Shown: piece after piece, positions 35,100 to 47,943 of the stretch
How positions within the stretch are numbered: position 1 is the first letter of the stretch
How the letters are laid out: every line of letters begins with the position of its first letter
Assembly (NCBI GenBank): GCA_900617105.1
Contig: UYFQ01000148.1
Coordinates: 1-54,298, forward strand
Reading direction: 5' to 3'
Source: Hydrurus foetidus
Taxonomy: Eukaryota
Length of the DNA: 54,298 bases
Translations under genes and position numbers: made by a program
Notes under the pieces: model-generated
Database searches by the model: none
What the model saw: only the letters and a program-made list of their open reading frames with translations
What the model was told of the DNA's origin: nothing

Positions 35100-38000
35100 A
35101 TGGCTGGACGTGGACGAGGAAAAACATTGCCAGCATGGATGACAAATGGAGATGCAAACCTCTCATCATCGATCCCAGCCATATCGAATGCACCGGCGGT
35201 GGGGCAGTTCAGTGATGCACGAGAATCATACTCAGCTGACCATCCACCACGGGATGCACCAAATATGGGACACTTCCAAACTCCAAACAACAACAGGGAG
35301 CAATATAGCACAGGACCATCTTTTGGAAGTAGAGACATGTTCCCGATGCAACCTAATGTTAGAGACTCAACATCTCATCATGGGCAGAGTGGTCATGGTC
35401 CAGCCCCCCCACAAGGTCCTCCGCCGAGAGCGGCTGGGCGCTACGATATGCCACAAGTAAATTCATCTATTATGCCACCAAGGCCAGCGATGCAAATTAA
35501 TCAAGATTATTCTGCAATTCAAGGCAGCCTTGGTCAATACACAACCCAACCACAGATGAATATCGCATCAGGGATGGGAGCTGGAATCGCGCCAATGATG
35601 GGTTTCCAGCAGCAAATGCAGCATACACAACCCATTCAATTGCAGCATTCACAGCCTCAACAGCAACAACTATTCCAGCAGCCTCACTTACAACCTACCC
35701 ATCAATTTGCTGTTCCGCAGCAACAGCAGCAGCTACATCAGCCTCTACAGAACCCCATAATGAATGCTGGACCTGGAATGGGGTCGGGCATGGGATTAGG
35801 GATGGGAATGGGGATGGGTCTTCAGGGCCTTCAGCAGCCACCCGCCTTCTCGGTGGGGAGGGGAATGCCAGTACAGCTACCGGCTAATGTTGGTCTGGGA
35901 CCTGGTGGGATAGGAATGCCAGGGGCCTTCCCACAGCCCATCGGTAGGGGGTTACCTTTGGCTCTGCCACGGGGACCCGCACCAGCCGTGACTCCTGCAG
36001 CTGTCGGAGATCCCAATAACGAAGTCAGCAGCTGGTCGGAGCATGAGGCGGAGGACAAGCGCAAATACTGGTACAACAGGGTCAACGGTACGAGCACGTA
36101 CGATAAACCGTTCTGTCTTAAGACCCCTGAAGAACGGTCCATACCGCCCTGCAAGTGGAAAGAATACACGGCTACAGACGGTAAGAAGTACTACAGTGAC
36201 GGCAAGGAATCTAGCTGGGCTGTGCCTGAGGAGTTTAGAATATGGAAAGAAAAAATGGATGCTATTGAAAGGAAAAAACAAGCAGCTCTCGTGCCGACCA
36301 GCTCGACAACTAGGGACGTGAACCACACTGTGCTCACTACTGCCACTTCTCAATATGCGGAGACGCACAGTGCTGTACCTTCAGCTGCTGTCGTAAATCT
36401 GTCCACTGCGGTGAGTGTGGTCACCAATGGGAACATCAACGGAAACAACAATAGCAATGGTAACGGCAATGGCAGCAGCGGACAAGGCAGCGCAAACAAC
36501 ATCAGCACGAGTGTGAGTGCGAGCACAACCAGTAGGAAAAGGCCTGTAGAGGAGGAGGAGCAGAGGCCAGCCGTGGTCTATGCCACAGCGGAGGAAGCGG
36601 TGGAGGCTTTCAAAGCGATGCTCACGGACAGAAAGGTCAGCTGGAATCTCTATCCATCCCTCGAACGTGATCCATACCTGATCTCTATCTTCTGTCTTTT
36701 GCTGTTTCTCCTACTTTCTTCCCTTCCTCCCTTTGCCAGGTCTTGACGACTATGAAGATGAAGGAGGTGCAGGATCTGTGTCAGAACGACCACCGCTTCA
36801 ACGCCCTCAAGTCGGGGGGCGAGAAAAAACAAGCACTAGCTGAGTATCAGGTGAGAACTTCCTGCATTGAGACGTTGATGTGAGTGTCTCATAACTGTTG
36901 TGAGGAGATATTGGAGTAGGAAGAGAGAGCGTGGGGAGAGGGAACGGAGTCACTCTATGGGTTAGATTAGATCGAATTGGAAAGGGACATCTTATCACAT
37001 CATTTGGCAACACTAAGTCTCACTGCCTGATTGCGTTACCTCGCCCCGTCATCCCATCCCATCATGGACGCTTAGACCAAGACGCTGAAGCTCGAGAAGG
37101 AGGCGCAGAAATCGAGGGCGAGGAAGAGCAGAGACGCCTTCCTGCTCATGCTCGCTGAGAACACGGGTATCGATGTGCGCACCACATGGCGGGCAGCGAT
37201 TCTGCTGCTGCAAGAGGACAGCAGGTACAAGAACGTGGAGGACCCGCATGACAGGGAAGACCTCTTCAACGACTTCGTGTCGGAGCTGGAGAAGAAGGAG
37301 AGGGAGGACAGGAACAAGCAGAAAGACACCGCACTTAAACTCTTGAGCGCCTTGTACGAAGAGCTGCTGGGCAAATGTGAGTCAAATCTGTCGGTCATAC
37401 CTGCTGTGAGTGCCTTGCTCTCCTTCAATGAACAGATTCATTCTGTGATGAATGAATTTGATTGCTCTGCTCTGCTTTACAGCGCTGCTGCACAGACGGT
37501 CCTCTTGGTCTGACGAGAAGGATGACATTCTGAAGCTGGTTCGTGGCCCAGAATACCGCGCCCTCGACGACATAGAAATTAAGAGGGCGTTTCAAGACTT
37601 CGTGAGCAAGCTGGAGAAGGCGTATAGAGAGGAGGAGAGGCTGAAGAAGCAGGAGTTACAGAAGAAGGTGGACCTGCTCTCCGTCACACTCAAAGCTGCG
37701 TTTGAGAAACTGGGATTCGAGGGTGTCCTCACTCCTGCCTGCAGATGGAAGGACTGGGTCAAGCGACCAGAAGTCACTGACAACGCCTGCTACCAAGAGA
37801 TAGAACTGTTAGTGAATGGTGGAGGAGAGCTTGACAAGGACAGGGAGGGACTTATAGTGGAAGGCACGGAGAGAAGTGAGAGGCTAGAGCGACTGGACAA
37901 AAATGAGATCATTGCGTCCGGCATGTCCAACAGCTCCAGGAATGTGTTCGAGGATGTGGTGAGCAGCATCAAAGCAGGATACAGCAAGGACAGACGGCTA

Positions 38001-39132
38001 ATCAAGGATGTGCTGGAAGAGAGGAAATACGTCATAACTCACGATAGCACGTACGAACAGTACATCGCGCAGCTCTCCTCAGCTGCTGGGGTGTTTCTAG
38101 TCACAGCCTCAACATCAGGCACAGAGAACTGCTCAGATGCAGACATCGCTCATGTTGATAGAACTCGAGAAAGTGGCCGGACTACTGAAAAAATAGAAAA
38201 CGCTGGAAAATCTGATGTGAAATTAGAGAGGAGCACCAGCAAGGGGGACTCAGACACAGGAAAGTCTCTGCAAGCCATTATGGAGCTGAGGCCCAAGAAT
38301 GCATTGGTATACTTCAACGAAATCCATAACGAGGTGCAAGCTGTGTATGACGAGGAGCGAAAGAGAATTAAAAGAAAAGAAGACAAGTTCATCACTCTGT
38401 TGCAGGACTTCTACAACCGATCGGATCACGTTGGCACAGAGTGGGAGGATGCAAAGAAAGAGCTAGGACGATATTCTGAATACGAGAACTTGGCGAGAGC
38501 AGATAGAAAGAGGTTGTTCACCGAGTACATGACGGGGTTGGAGGAGATGATGAAAGTCAAAACGAAGTCCCTGCACGACTCCATGCTGAGCGAAGTGGAG
38601 AGATCTCGAGAACACTCGGAGAAAAAGGCAGAGATGAGTGCAGAAAGACATCCTGAGGCGGAGAAGGAACTAGAGAAAGCACGTGAGGTAGATGACAGAA
38701 GGGACGGTAGGAGGCATAAAGGAGATAGAGAAGGAGAGGACAGGGATAGAGGCAGGGACAGAGATGAACCCGTGAGAGGTAGAAACGACCTCGATGACAG
38801 AGAAGGGGATAGAGATAGAGACAGACACAAGAGTGGTCGCGAGTTTCAGAGCAGCAAAAGGGACAGAGAGGATAACGACGAGGAGGATGGCGAAGAGGAT
38901 GAAGAGGGCCAGGAGGACTCAAAAAAAACAAAAAAACATAAGAAGGAAAAGTCGTCAAAAGACAAAGGAGATAGGGACAGAGACAGAGATAGAAAACACA
39001 AGAAGGTGAGATGTCTAGTCATCATGATATCCTTTGATAGCGAATTTGTCTTTCTGCAATCCCATCTGAAGCGCCATCCCATCTCTTCCCCTCCCTCCTA
39101 CCTGTCCGCAGCACAAGAAGGACGACAAGTGA
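35100..39132 (+). CDS. PRPF40: Pre-mRNA-processing factor 40 (two WW domains, FF repeats, RD-rich tail), multi-exon
   Basis: WSEHEAEDKRKYWYNRVNGTSTYDKP and WKEYTATDGKKYY...SSWAVP; FF repeats (EAFKAML, REDLFNDFV, RKRLFTEY); last exon 39112-39132 HKKDDK*. Confidence 0.9.
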
Positions 39133-40106
39133 CGGCGGTCCAGGACGCGCTTTGTGTCTAATAAGATGCCTGATGAGGCCTTCCACCGACAGCTGTTCAT
39201 CTCAAGTCGCAACCCATGCTACGCCATGCTGTAAGATGCGGTGGTACGAATGTGTTTGGTTTGATTGTGATGTTCACTCTTCTGCCTATTACCGATCACA
39301 TCAACATCATGTGAGCAAGGATGGAAAGTTCTGATAGAGATAATGGAATGGAATAGGATAGGACGGGATGAATCGAGTCTCCTCGCTCCATGGGACTTCT
39401 ACCGGACCCACACCGACCATCCGTCTGTCTTGTCTATCTATCTGTCTGTTTGTTTTGTGGCGAAGGCACTTTATTTTAGCACATGCAAGGCATCACTTGC
39501 CAGTGTCATTCCTTCTGTCGCTCTGCTACGTTCTGCCCTATGCTGAATCGTGTCTCACTTACCGATCCATCCATCCTTATTCTACGATATTATTTCGTTT
39601 ACATAAACCACTTAAAACTTCCCAGCAACGCACTTTATTACTTTTTAAACAACGTAGCAAAGTCAAGGAGTTGAGACCAAGCAGAAATGCTGCCTCATCA
39701 ATTGAGCTGGTTTGTATCTCGCGCGACACTGCATGCATGCATGCATGCATGTATGTATGGATAGAGTGGGAAGGTCAGTCAGTCAGTTCTAATGATCATC
39801 ACTAGTGTCAGTCAGTCTTAGTAATAGGTGTCCTGTCCTGTCCTGTCACCGAGTCCATGACTCGTCGATGCGATGTGCAGTGGGAGCAGTGCATAATGCT
39901 TCACAGCCGACGAAAGGTGAACAGACTTCAACAGGTGCGGCAGACGGATAGACAGTGCGAAGAATGTAGCTCTTCTCTGCTTTCACCACTGTCGCTGCGT
40001 CGTATTCTGTTTTCGTCTTCTCGAAGGCATGACTGTGTGTTTGTCTGCATGTCCGCCCGTATCCATCAGTCTTTCTTTGCAACGATTACTTTTCTGTATC
40101 CATCAG

Positions 40107-42311
40107 TCAGGTGTATTGCGTCCAATCATAGGTGCTCCATGCAGTCGAGAACTCCGCAGCGTTCTTCCTGTCGGCCTCTTCTTGGACAGATTCGTGTCGG
40201 TGACTCCCCTTCCTACCAGCCCTCATATCCTGACATGGCGACAATAGTCAGCAAATGTGAGTTTAGCAATTCTTCGGTGTGAGTGCGTTAGTGCTGTAGG
40301 GACAGTTGAGACCTGGAGGCACACATAGACGGGACAGAGAGAGAGAGAGATGCAAGACAGTAAGTGAGTTGGGTGTGGTTGGTATTTACCAGATCTAACA
40401 TCCCTGCTACCACATCAAGGCAAAAATCTTTTTTTATTTTGCTCGCATCCTCCACAGCGTGGGCCATTCCTATGACGTCAGTTGACTCCTCTTCACCCCA
40501 CTCCACTGCGAGGTACTCCCAGTGGGGGGGCACTCCTCTGCGAAGAGGTCGGGACCGGGTCAAGTCGATGACCTTCCGGTGAGAAGACCACTCCTCGTCA
40601 CTGGAGCTGAACGCCTAACACGAGGAATGTCGAAGTAAGTCAGTGGTCATGTGTTACAGCGAATGAGATACCTCATTACGCACGAGAAGAACCTATTCGA
40701 TTCTCCCGATGCAAGTAGTTGTCAACACTACAGTGGTGAATGATGATATGATAGCAGACGACAGCTCACCTCTCTAAAGCACATCTTCGCCTCCCCTTCT
40801 ATCCCCGAAGGGACTGGCACCACATCGATGCATGCGTGCGGATGTCGTCCGAATTCGAGTGCGCTCTCTAGGAAGAGCACCGCTTGTCCGTTTCGCTCGT
40901 ACATTCTTCGGAGACAGCTCTTGTATCGCGAGATTTCCAAGTCCACTTCCTCCTCGCACTTCAGGAACGAAGAGCTGTGGCTGAGGGGGACGATGACGCA
41001 GTGTCCGCTGACCAAGGAGTGCTGCCCAGCCTTCAACCTCAGCATCGTGTGCTGCGCTGTCGAGACGGTAAGGTAGGGCTTGTACGCAGCGCTCTCCGTG
41101 CAGTGAGGACACCGCCTCAGGACCTCTCGCTCCTTCTCAGTGCGCTTTTCATTTTCGCATGGTGGCTGCTTTCTATTTTTACTTCCTATGCTCTTGAGAG
41201 TCTGTTTTTTACTTCGCTTTCCTTCATCGTTTTCATGCTTATTTTCGAAAAGTTTCATATCGATGTCTTCCTCTTCATCAGCCCCAGTCATGTTTCCATT
41301 ACCAAATGCGCCTGATGTACCGAGCTCCGTCCCCTTATACCGACTTCCTAAACGTAAGACATTGTCGCGAAAGATGTCGTCCATATTTTTACCATCTAAC
41401 TTTTCAGACTTCATGAGTTGATTAATTCCCAAATTATTTGAAGCATGATCCCTTGAAGTGCTTCGAACACCTTTTTTAGCCAGTTCTATGCTTCTGTCGT
41501 GACTGTTGTCATTAACGAGTTTCTTCAGTGCTTTATCGCGGGTGAGCTTTTCGTTCTCGGAAACAATTGCGTGTTCAATATCACGTTCGTCGTCCTCAAT
41601 TATTTGGGATAACGATCTTATTTCAGACTGAGAAACCTTGTCTTTCAATTTTTTTCTGAAGAGAGCTGCTACTGACTGATTGGATGCTACGTTGGCAGCA
41701 ATAGACTCGACTTTCGGGATCTTCGCATTGTGTTCGCGCACAGTTTCATGAATATCTAACTTCGACGTATCTCTACAATGTTCAACCTGGTAAGACTTTC
41801 CCCGATTAAATTCAACATCACTATCGAGCGCATCATGCTCGTATGCCGAGTTATTCATATGATTAGCATTTGGTGGTTCTGATTTCAACGATCCTATTAG
41901 AGTCGAGAAACTTGATTTCTGGCGCAATTGACTGCAACGATTTAAATTCGTGTCGCCCAGTCGCGGTGAGCTTGTTCTCGAATCTCTCATCTCTCCTGAC
42001 GGAGAAAGTTCACTGGCACTGTCTTGCATCGATTTCATCTCATTTTCGTATCTGCGAAAATCTTTGAAGTCACCATCGTCATCATCATTATTATCGCTGT
42101 CATCACTGGATGATGATCCACCCAGATCATCTTTCAAGGTAAGAGATGGGTTTATTTTATCGTCTTTGCGACTTTTCTTCCGTCCTGAAGATTTTTTGCT
42201 CTTATGATCTTTTACTTTTCGTTTCTTTCCACCGTTTCGATCAGACGTAGTTTTGATGGATTCTACTTGCTTGGACCTTGGGATGAAGACAATTCCTTTC
42301 AGCAGGCTCAT
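40107..42311 (-). CDS. CWF19L2: CWF19-like protein 2 (CwfJ C-terminal domains), 3 exons
   Basis: CPHC...GHCVIVPLSH...VLFLES...HACIDVVPVP...FRE|AFSSSDEEWSSHRKVID...GMAHAVE...|...FSTAWSTYDWTQYT*. Confidence 0.9.
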
Positions 42312-42497
42312 CGTGGAAGATCACCTTAGTCACTTGCGCGATCTGAAAGATACCTCCCAAACCCAGATCGAGATTTTTTCGATAGCAGTGGACGGTGTTC
42401 CATGTTTCATGAGACATGACGAGTGATGTTTCGTGACGGAGCTCGCAAGAAGTTTGGAGTTCGAGGCGTTCGAGTTCTGGGTTCCGAGTCGAGTTGG

Positions 42498-42984
42498 TTC
42501 TATTCCTTTGCATTCCGGCCGCTACCCGGTCGAATGATACCGTACCTCCCGGCGAAGGGGTTAGCTTCTCAAACACCCTTAAGACCGGTGAGGTGCACTT
42601 GATAACGGGCTGTTAATTAACCAATGTGAATTACCCTACAAGTGGCGTCACTCGTGCGCCAGCTAGTGCCCACCCACCCTATCCGTGTAGCCGCTGACTC
42701 AGTCGGCTGCGCTGGTATAGGATGGACCGTGGACCCAGAAAAGCCCTTCATCCACAGCTACCTAGGGCGCTCCTGATGGTCATCTCATTCCTGTTGGCCA
42801 TGGTCTCCGCTGCTCATATGTATTTGTCATGAAGTCATGGGATTCCGCCGCTTGCTTCCCCCTGACCCTATGGTCGTCCTTGATGATACTACAGATTTTG
42901 TACGACCCGTTACCGACAGCTCTGACCCAAAGTCCTGTCTTGCTCCCATCTCGCTTGGGGACACTCAGCAGCTCCTCATCGTAA
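42498..42984 (-). mobile_element. Probable solo A-spacer-B module of a third YR-retrotransposon family (5' boundary uncertain, 42984-43022)
   Basis: Minus-strand motifs in order: TGGGAGCAAG (A loop, near 42939-42948), TGAAG..TCTG..CCACGGTCC (42750-42724), long stem, GCCACTTGTA, ATCATTC, terminal GGAATAGAA|C at 42498. Confidence 0.6.
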
Positions 42985-44655
42985 TCGGCTGTCGAAGACT
43001 GTCGATTGGATAATCACGTAAAAAGATTGCGCTTCTCTTAAATTGCATGAGCTTCTTATTTTAATTTGTATTAGTAGCTGTTACTACTTTTACACTGCGA
43101 AAGAGTGGGGGCTAGGGCCCTAGCCATGGAAAACCAAAAGTTACAGAAATCAGACATCATGACGACAGCAAATGAGCAAGATGATATCAGTAAATATGCT
43201 CGCACACGTCTGTATTTAAGAGAAGAAAGTGTAGCTGCCATCGTTGCGCTGCTATGGAAAGTGCCTCTGCCGTTGCTGCTACCGACTGTTACTGCCACCG
43301 ATCAGTTGATATCTAAGCTGGGTTGCCGTTGTTGCTGCCACTGCTGTGTGCCGCTGTAACTGCCGCTGCCACCATGCTGCTGCTGCTGCTGCTGCCTTTA
43401 CCATCGTTACGCTGCTGTGAAAGCTATCGCTACCGTTGCTGTATGCTCTGTGCGCCGTACGATGCGTTGCCCACTGCCTTCTGCCTCACGCAGCCGCGTT
43501 CCAGAGCTGAAGAAGGTCTGCACTGCTCCTTATCGAACAGAACTGACATCATCGACCGCACTTCCTAGTGATCACTGCTCATGCTCTTCACGCCGCGCAA
43601 GACGTTGCCCACTGCCTATCTCTACCTACAGCCTGACTCCCTGTGACTGTGCATCGCCTGCAAAATTTCAGATGCTGTTAATTAATTTACCGAATAGCAA
43701 GCAGGTCAGCATATTGCACACAAAATGGAAGCAATTTTAATTCTTCTCTGAGTCATGGCGCAACCTGAATTCCGATTAAAGTGCTTGATTCTAGCTGAAT
43801 ATGCCAAATAAACCACTGCAGTACTTGGTCGCGCCCTGAATTTCTGATGTAGAGCAAAGCCAGGGAGGACAAAGTTAACAAGGGTAAGAATTTATTTTTT
43901 CACGCAAATAATCGCTACCGACTGTCCGACAATATTACCAAGCACAAACATAGACAAGACTAGCTTCCCGGTGACGACGTGTCTTTCAAAAATGAGCTCC
44001 GTGTCAATTTCTTGATGATCTGTTGCGCTGTTGGTATCCAGCATGCAAGCTGGCGAGTTGGAATTATTGTTTGATTCTCATCAAACTGACGAAAATTGGC
44101 GTACGGCACAGTTCCCGGAAATAAGAATCCGATCGCCGGAAATAAGATCGATTTGCTTCAAAAACGGCTCCGATCCGGATTTATCAGGGGCTAGGGGGTG
44201 CACACCAGAAAAGCACACAAAAAATAGAAAATTATGAGCCCACACACACATTTTTCATTTTTCCGGGGACTTTTCGTGTAGAATAGTCCTGAAAGTGCTA
44301 TTGTTGTACACCCCCCACAGTGGAGAGTTTCAGGGCAGGAATGATCATTTTATTCTGCGGGAGTATTACTATGGCGCGCCATGTCGAACCCCTAGAATTT
44401 TTGCGAAAATGACTTTTTTACCGAAATTTTTTTGCACACGGAATTTTTTTGCATGAATTTTCTTTTGACGAGATTTTCCCAAAAAGTTTCGCTTTTTTTA
44501 TTTTCGTTTTTTATTTTCGTGGCTGTGATCGAAAAATCTAGCCGTTTGCAGTAGTCTTTCTCTCAATCGTCTGTGAATCATGCACCTTTATCTTGGGAGT
44601 AACTCATAGGTCCCAAAGTTGCAGCCGAACTATTGCGGCTAACTCTGATTATCTT

Positions 44656-44991
44656 ATGGGAGGTTGTGTTGTGTCTGATGGGTGCGGTATAAAATGCGCG
44701 CATTTTCGACCAGATGATGATTCAAGTGTGATTTGCGGATATTGCAATCACGACATCTCGGCCCACTCTATCCATGGTTTCATTCAGGATGGGAAAGTTC
44801 AGGTCTTACCCTCGGCTGTAACTGAACCAAATATTGCTCTGCAGGTCCCCAAGGATAGCACCGACGAAGAGAGAAAACAACTCTTCAGGACGAAGCAGAA
44901 AGCCACCGTGAACAACAAGAGAAAAAGTTCTGGAGACCAAATCGATTCGAGGAGATCTGTTGGCGGGCGGAGTACACAGTCTCCACCATGA
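44656..44991 (+). pseudogene. Accessory ORF of the IS3EU-like element with an N-terminal Cys/His cluster (probably truncated)
   Basis: MGGCVVSDGCGIKCAHF...ICGYCNHDISAH. Confidence 0.45.
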
Positions 44992-45234
44992 GCAAGGAAT
45001 ATGATGCTGAAGATGATCATGATGGAGCGTAGAGACCCGGTCCCGCAAACGGACTTTGATCATTTGGAAATGAATGAAAACTGTGAATTCAATTATCACT
45101 TAACAACCTTAGATAGTTTACATCGATTTCTTTCTTAATAGTGTCCTATGGTGAATTCTATGCTAAAAAATGATACTTGTTCACTAGATCAACCAACAGG
45201 TCCCTTAAACCTACCCATATTGGTCAGGCAACTA

Positions 45235-46879
45235 TCAATTTTGTGGAGTCAAAGGGCAGGATATGGGATCGCATGGAACTCGATAGCCTTCGCCGTCTTC
45301 TTCGTCCCCATCACTGTCTCCATCTACTCCGTATACATCTTGGTCAATATCTTCCTCGGGTGGAAATTTGTTAGCACGCAGAGCACGCATTTGTAGAGGT
45401 GACTCATTTCTTTCTGTTGATACAGGATGATTATTCCATGCATTTTTAAATCCATCTAATTCCTCTTTTATTCTAGGTACAAACAAGTAATGCAGAACAA
45501 ATAAGTGCCACTCATCATCTATACTCATACCGCTTTTTTCAAAAGTTTTAAATAATTTCATATAAAACACGATGACTTTACTCTTTACATCCCTCGATAG
45601 ATGCTCAATTCTGTAAATATTTGTAATTTTTTTAAAAACTTAATCACTGAGGCATATTTCAATGATATAGCTTACCGAGTATTAAACTTAGAGGAGCCTG
45701 TAATGTAGGAGCCTCTGTTTGGTCCTCGACGTTGGATCATGTAATCAGCTACAAGCACATTTTCCCCACCTTAATCCCCTCTCACCCTCGAGGGGAGAGT
45801 GAATTCTTCAACTCCCTCCTCGAAAAGAGCTAGAACGGTTTGACTCCGATTGTTATCTTGGATACCAAGGTATATTACAGCCCTATGTACTCGAGACATA
45901 ACGTCAATTTGTTTTTGTACTTATAATATATTCGTAATAACTAAACGAACAGAACATAACGTTGTTCAAGATTTAAAATTCCCCAATTTGCGGTATAAAC
46001 AATTTATTGATGTTACAGTATACAATTAGAAAGAAAATGGAAATGCAGCAAAAAAACTTTTGTATAAGTAAACCCAATTTTTGAAAACTATTGCTAAATA
46101 GCGGCTACAAAAGACACATTTGAATGACAATAAACAGGAACTAAGAATTTACTACTTTCGTACTTTACAATTACATATGGTGAGTTGATAATCTGTAATA
46201 TGGCGGAAATCATTACCTGGTATTGCCGTCGATGCATCCATGAGTAACCAACCGATATCGAGTCAGTTTGTGATGTCCATCCATATGCCAAAGATGGTGC
46301 GGTTCAGCTACATTGTACACACGCCTAGAATTAACATCTTTAAATTAATGATCTCAAAATTTTGTGGTCATAATTGTGTAAGATGTTGAGCATGGTTACC
46401 TGATAATACGTCCATTCAAAAATTCTCCACGCGCGACGACACCATCTTCATCGACACGATGTATGGTGTCACGAAGCTGCTGCCGGGTGAAGAGCATTCT
46501 CGAGCGAGAACGCAAGTCACCCTGTATCATCCTCTCACACCTATCTCGGTTTAAAGATGTACATCGCCTGGCGATATGGTCAGCTTCCTCCTCCTCAAAG
46601 TCCTCGAGGTCCTGGGTTAAAGCAGAGGTAAAAAGGATGCTCAAAATGATGTTTGAAAATCAGATGAAATCAGAATTCTATAAGTAAGAAAATTCTTTCA
46701 AATTTCGCGAGAGCTTTATTACTGTGTCGCTTTAGATTAGTGAGCTGTGGGAAAACAGAATGCATGCAGTGAATTTGTACTCGAAATATTTGCAACCTCT
46801 CAAGAGTCAACTTCATTGAATGAAGCAAAGATTGCTCAAAACATGCTAATCTATCCTCCAATTTACACCTGTTAGCCAT
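45235..46879 (-). pseudogene. Intron-containing integrase-core (DDE) transposase with an in-frame stop
   Basis: RVYNVAEPHHLWHMDGHHKL...[21 protein letters not shown]...[25 protein letters not shown]...WNNH. Confidence 0.85.
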
Positions 46880-47463
46880 TTTTATGCCTTCACTTCAGCA
46901 GGGTCTTCGTCGAGGTCCCGAGATGATGACTTACCTGCGTCCAGTTCAATTCAAGTTGGCAAAGTTGATCAACTTCGCCAGCTGTTGTCTCAAATGGGTG
47001 GCTGCCTCCGTTCATGAGAATTTACCCAAGATTCAGCAACCTCTGTGGTCTCACGGAGAAAAAGTACTGTGAAATTCTTGGTGTAATTGATGCAGCAAAT
47101 CAGGAGCGAAGTTACCTGATGAGCAGCAGTGAAGCTCCTATCTAACTGTCAAGTATCCGTGTAAGGGAACCCTCTCTCAATATTGCGACGTACTGCTGTA
47201 CTGCTGTGAGATGTGAGATGCGAGATGTGAACGGTCATCCTTCTCTCAATCATCTCTCTTCTCTCTCTCGATGATGTCCGATATTTTTCGTTTCAACAAA
47301 AATATCCGGCGTGCAAAAATCATTATTGAAGAAAAAACGTTGTCGAAAAAAATTCGGGGGTTGAGTTTCGATTTCGCAAAAAATCTAGGGGTTCGACATG
47401 GCGCGCCATAATTACACTAAAAACTCCGTATGCTGAAATTGATCCTGGAGAGGTGCGTTTAAA

Positions 47464-47728
47464 TATTGTGCTTTGACTTTTAATCTAGAGCACGCACCCC
47501 CAGCTCTCTGAAATTTATACGCACCCCCACCCAGATATTACTTTTTGGGGGAATTTTAGGCGGAAACCCCCCATTTTTAGGGAGGGACCTTGGACCCTGG
47601 AATTCTGGATGAAAGTAATATGGGGTTTCCGCCTTAAATTCCCCCAAAAAGTTATATCTGGGTGGAGGTGCGTATAAATTTCACGAAGCTGGGGGTGCGT
47701 GCTCCGGATTAAAAGTCAAAGCATAATA
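47464..47728. repeat. Foldback/MITE-like inverted repeat with arms of about 110 bp and a 45-bp loop
   Basis: 47464-47574 is the near-perfect reverse complement of 47620-47728. Confidence 0.9.
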
Positions 47729-47743
47729 GGTCCCCCACTCTAT

Positions 47744-47943
47744 TGTTGATCGCAGCTCGCGAGTCTAACGTGTCAAACGAATGATGCTATTCGACAAGTG
47801 TTGTTCTTAGATTATGATCATATAGTGAAAGCGAATGTCATGATGAGATGCAAGAGAAGCTCTGCTCATCGATGATGATGTTGATTGGATCTTCTGTACG
47901 TATGTACGATATGCCCTGATAACTATACTATCTGTTATCAACA
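47744..47943 (-). repeat. copia 3' LTR (200 bp)
   Basis: TGTTGAT...ATCAACA termini, directly after the purine tract GAGAGGGTG. Confidence 0.8.

Larger units (their letters stand above)
44370..47410. mobile_element. IS3EU-like DNA transposon (degenerate) with two convergent ORFs
   Basis: TIRs of about 40 bp, TATGGCGCGCCATGTCGAACCCCTAGA(A/T)TTTTTGCGAAA; 5-bp TSD ATTAC (44365-44369 and 47411-47415). Confidence 0.85.

Noticed and set aside
43050..43740. Short ORFs in a CTG/CCG-rich tract
   Set aside because: Low-complexity sequence with no recognisable domain.
44194..44315. GGGGGTGCACA/TGTACACCCCC short inverted repeat as a MITE or outer element
   Set aside because: Only 11 bp with a mismatch and no TSD; the similar GCACCCCC near 47.5 kb is internal to the foldback.
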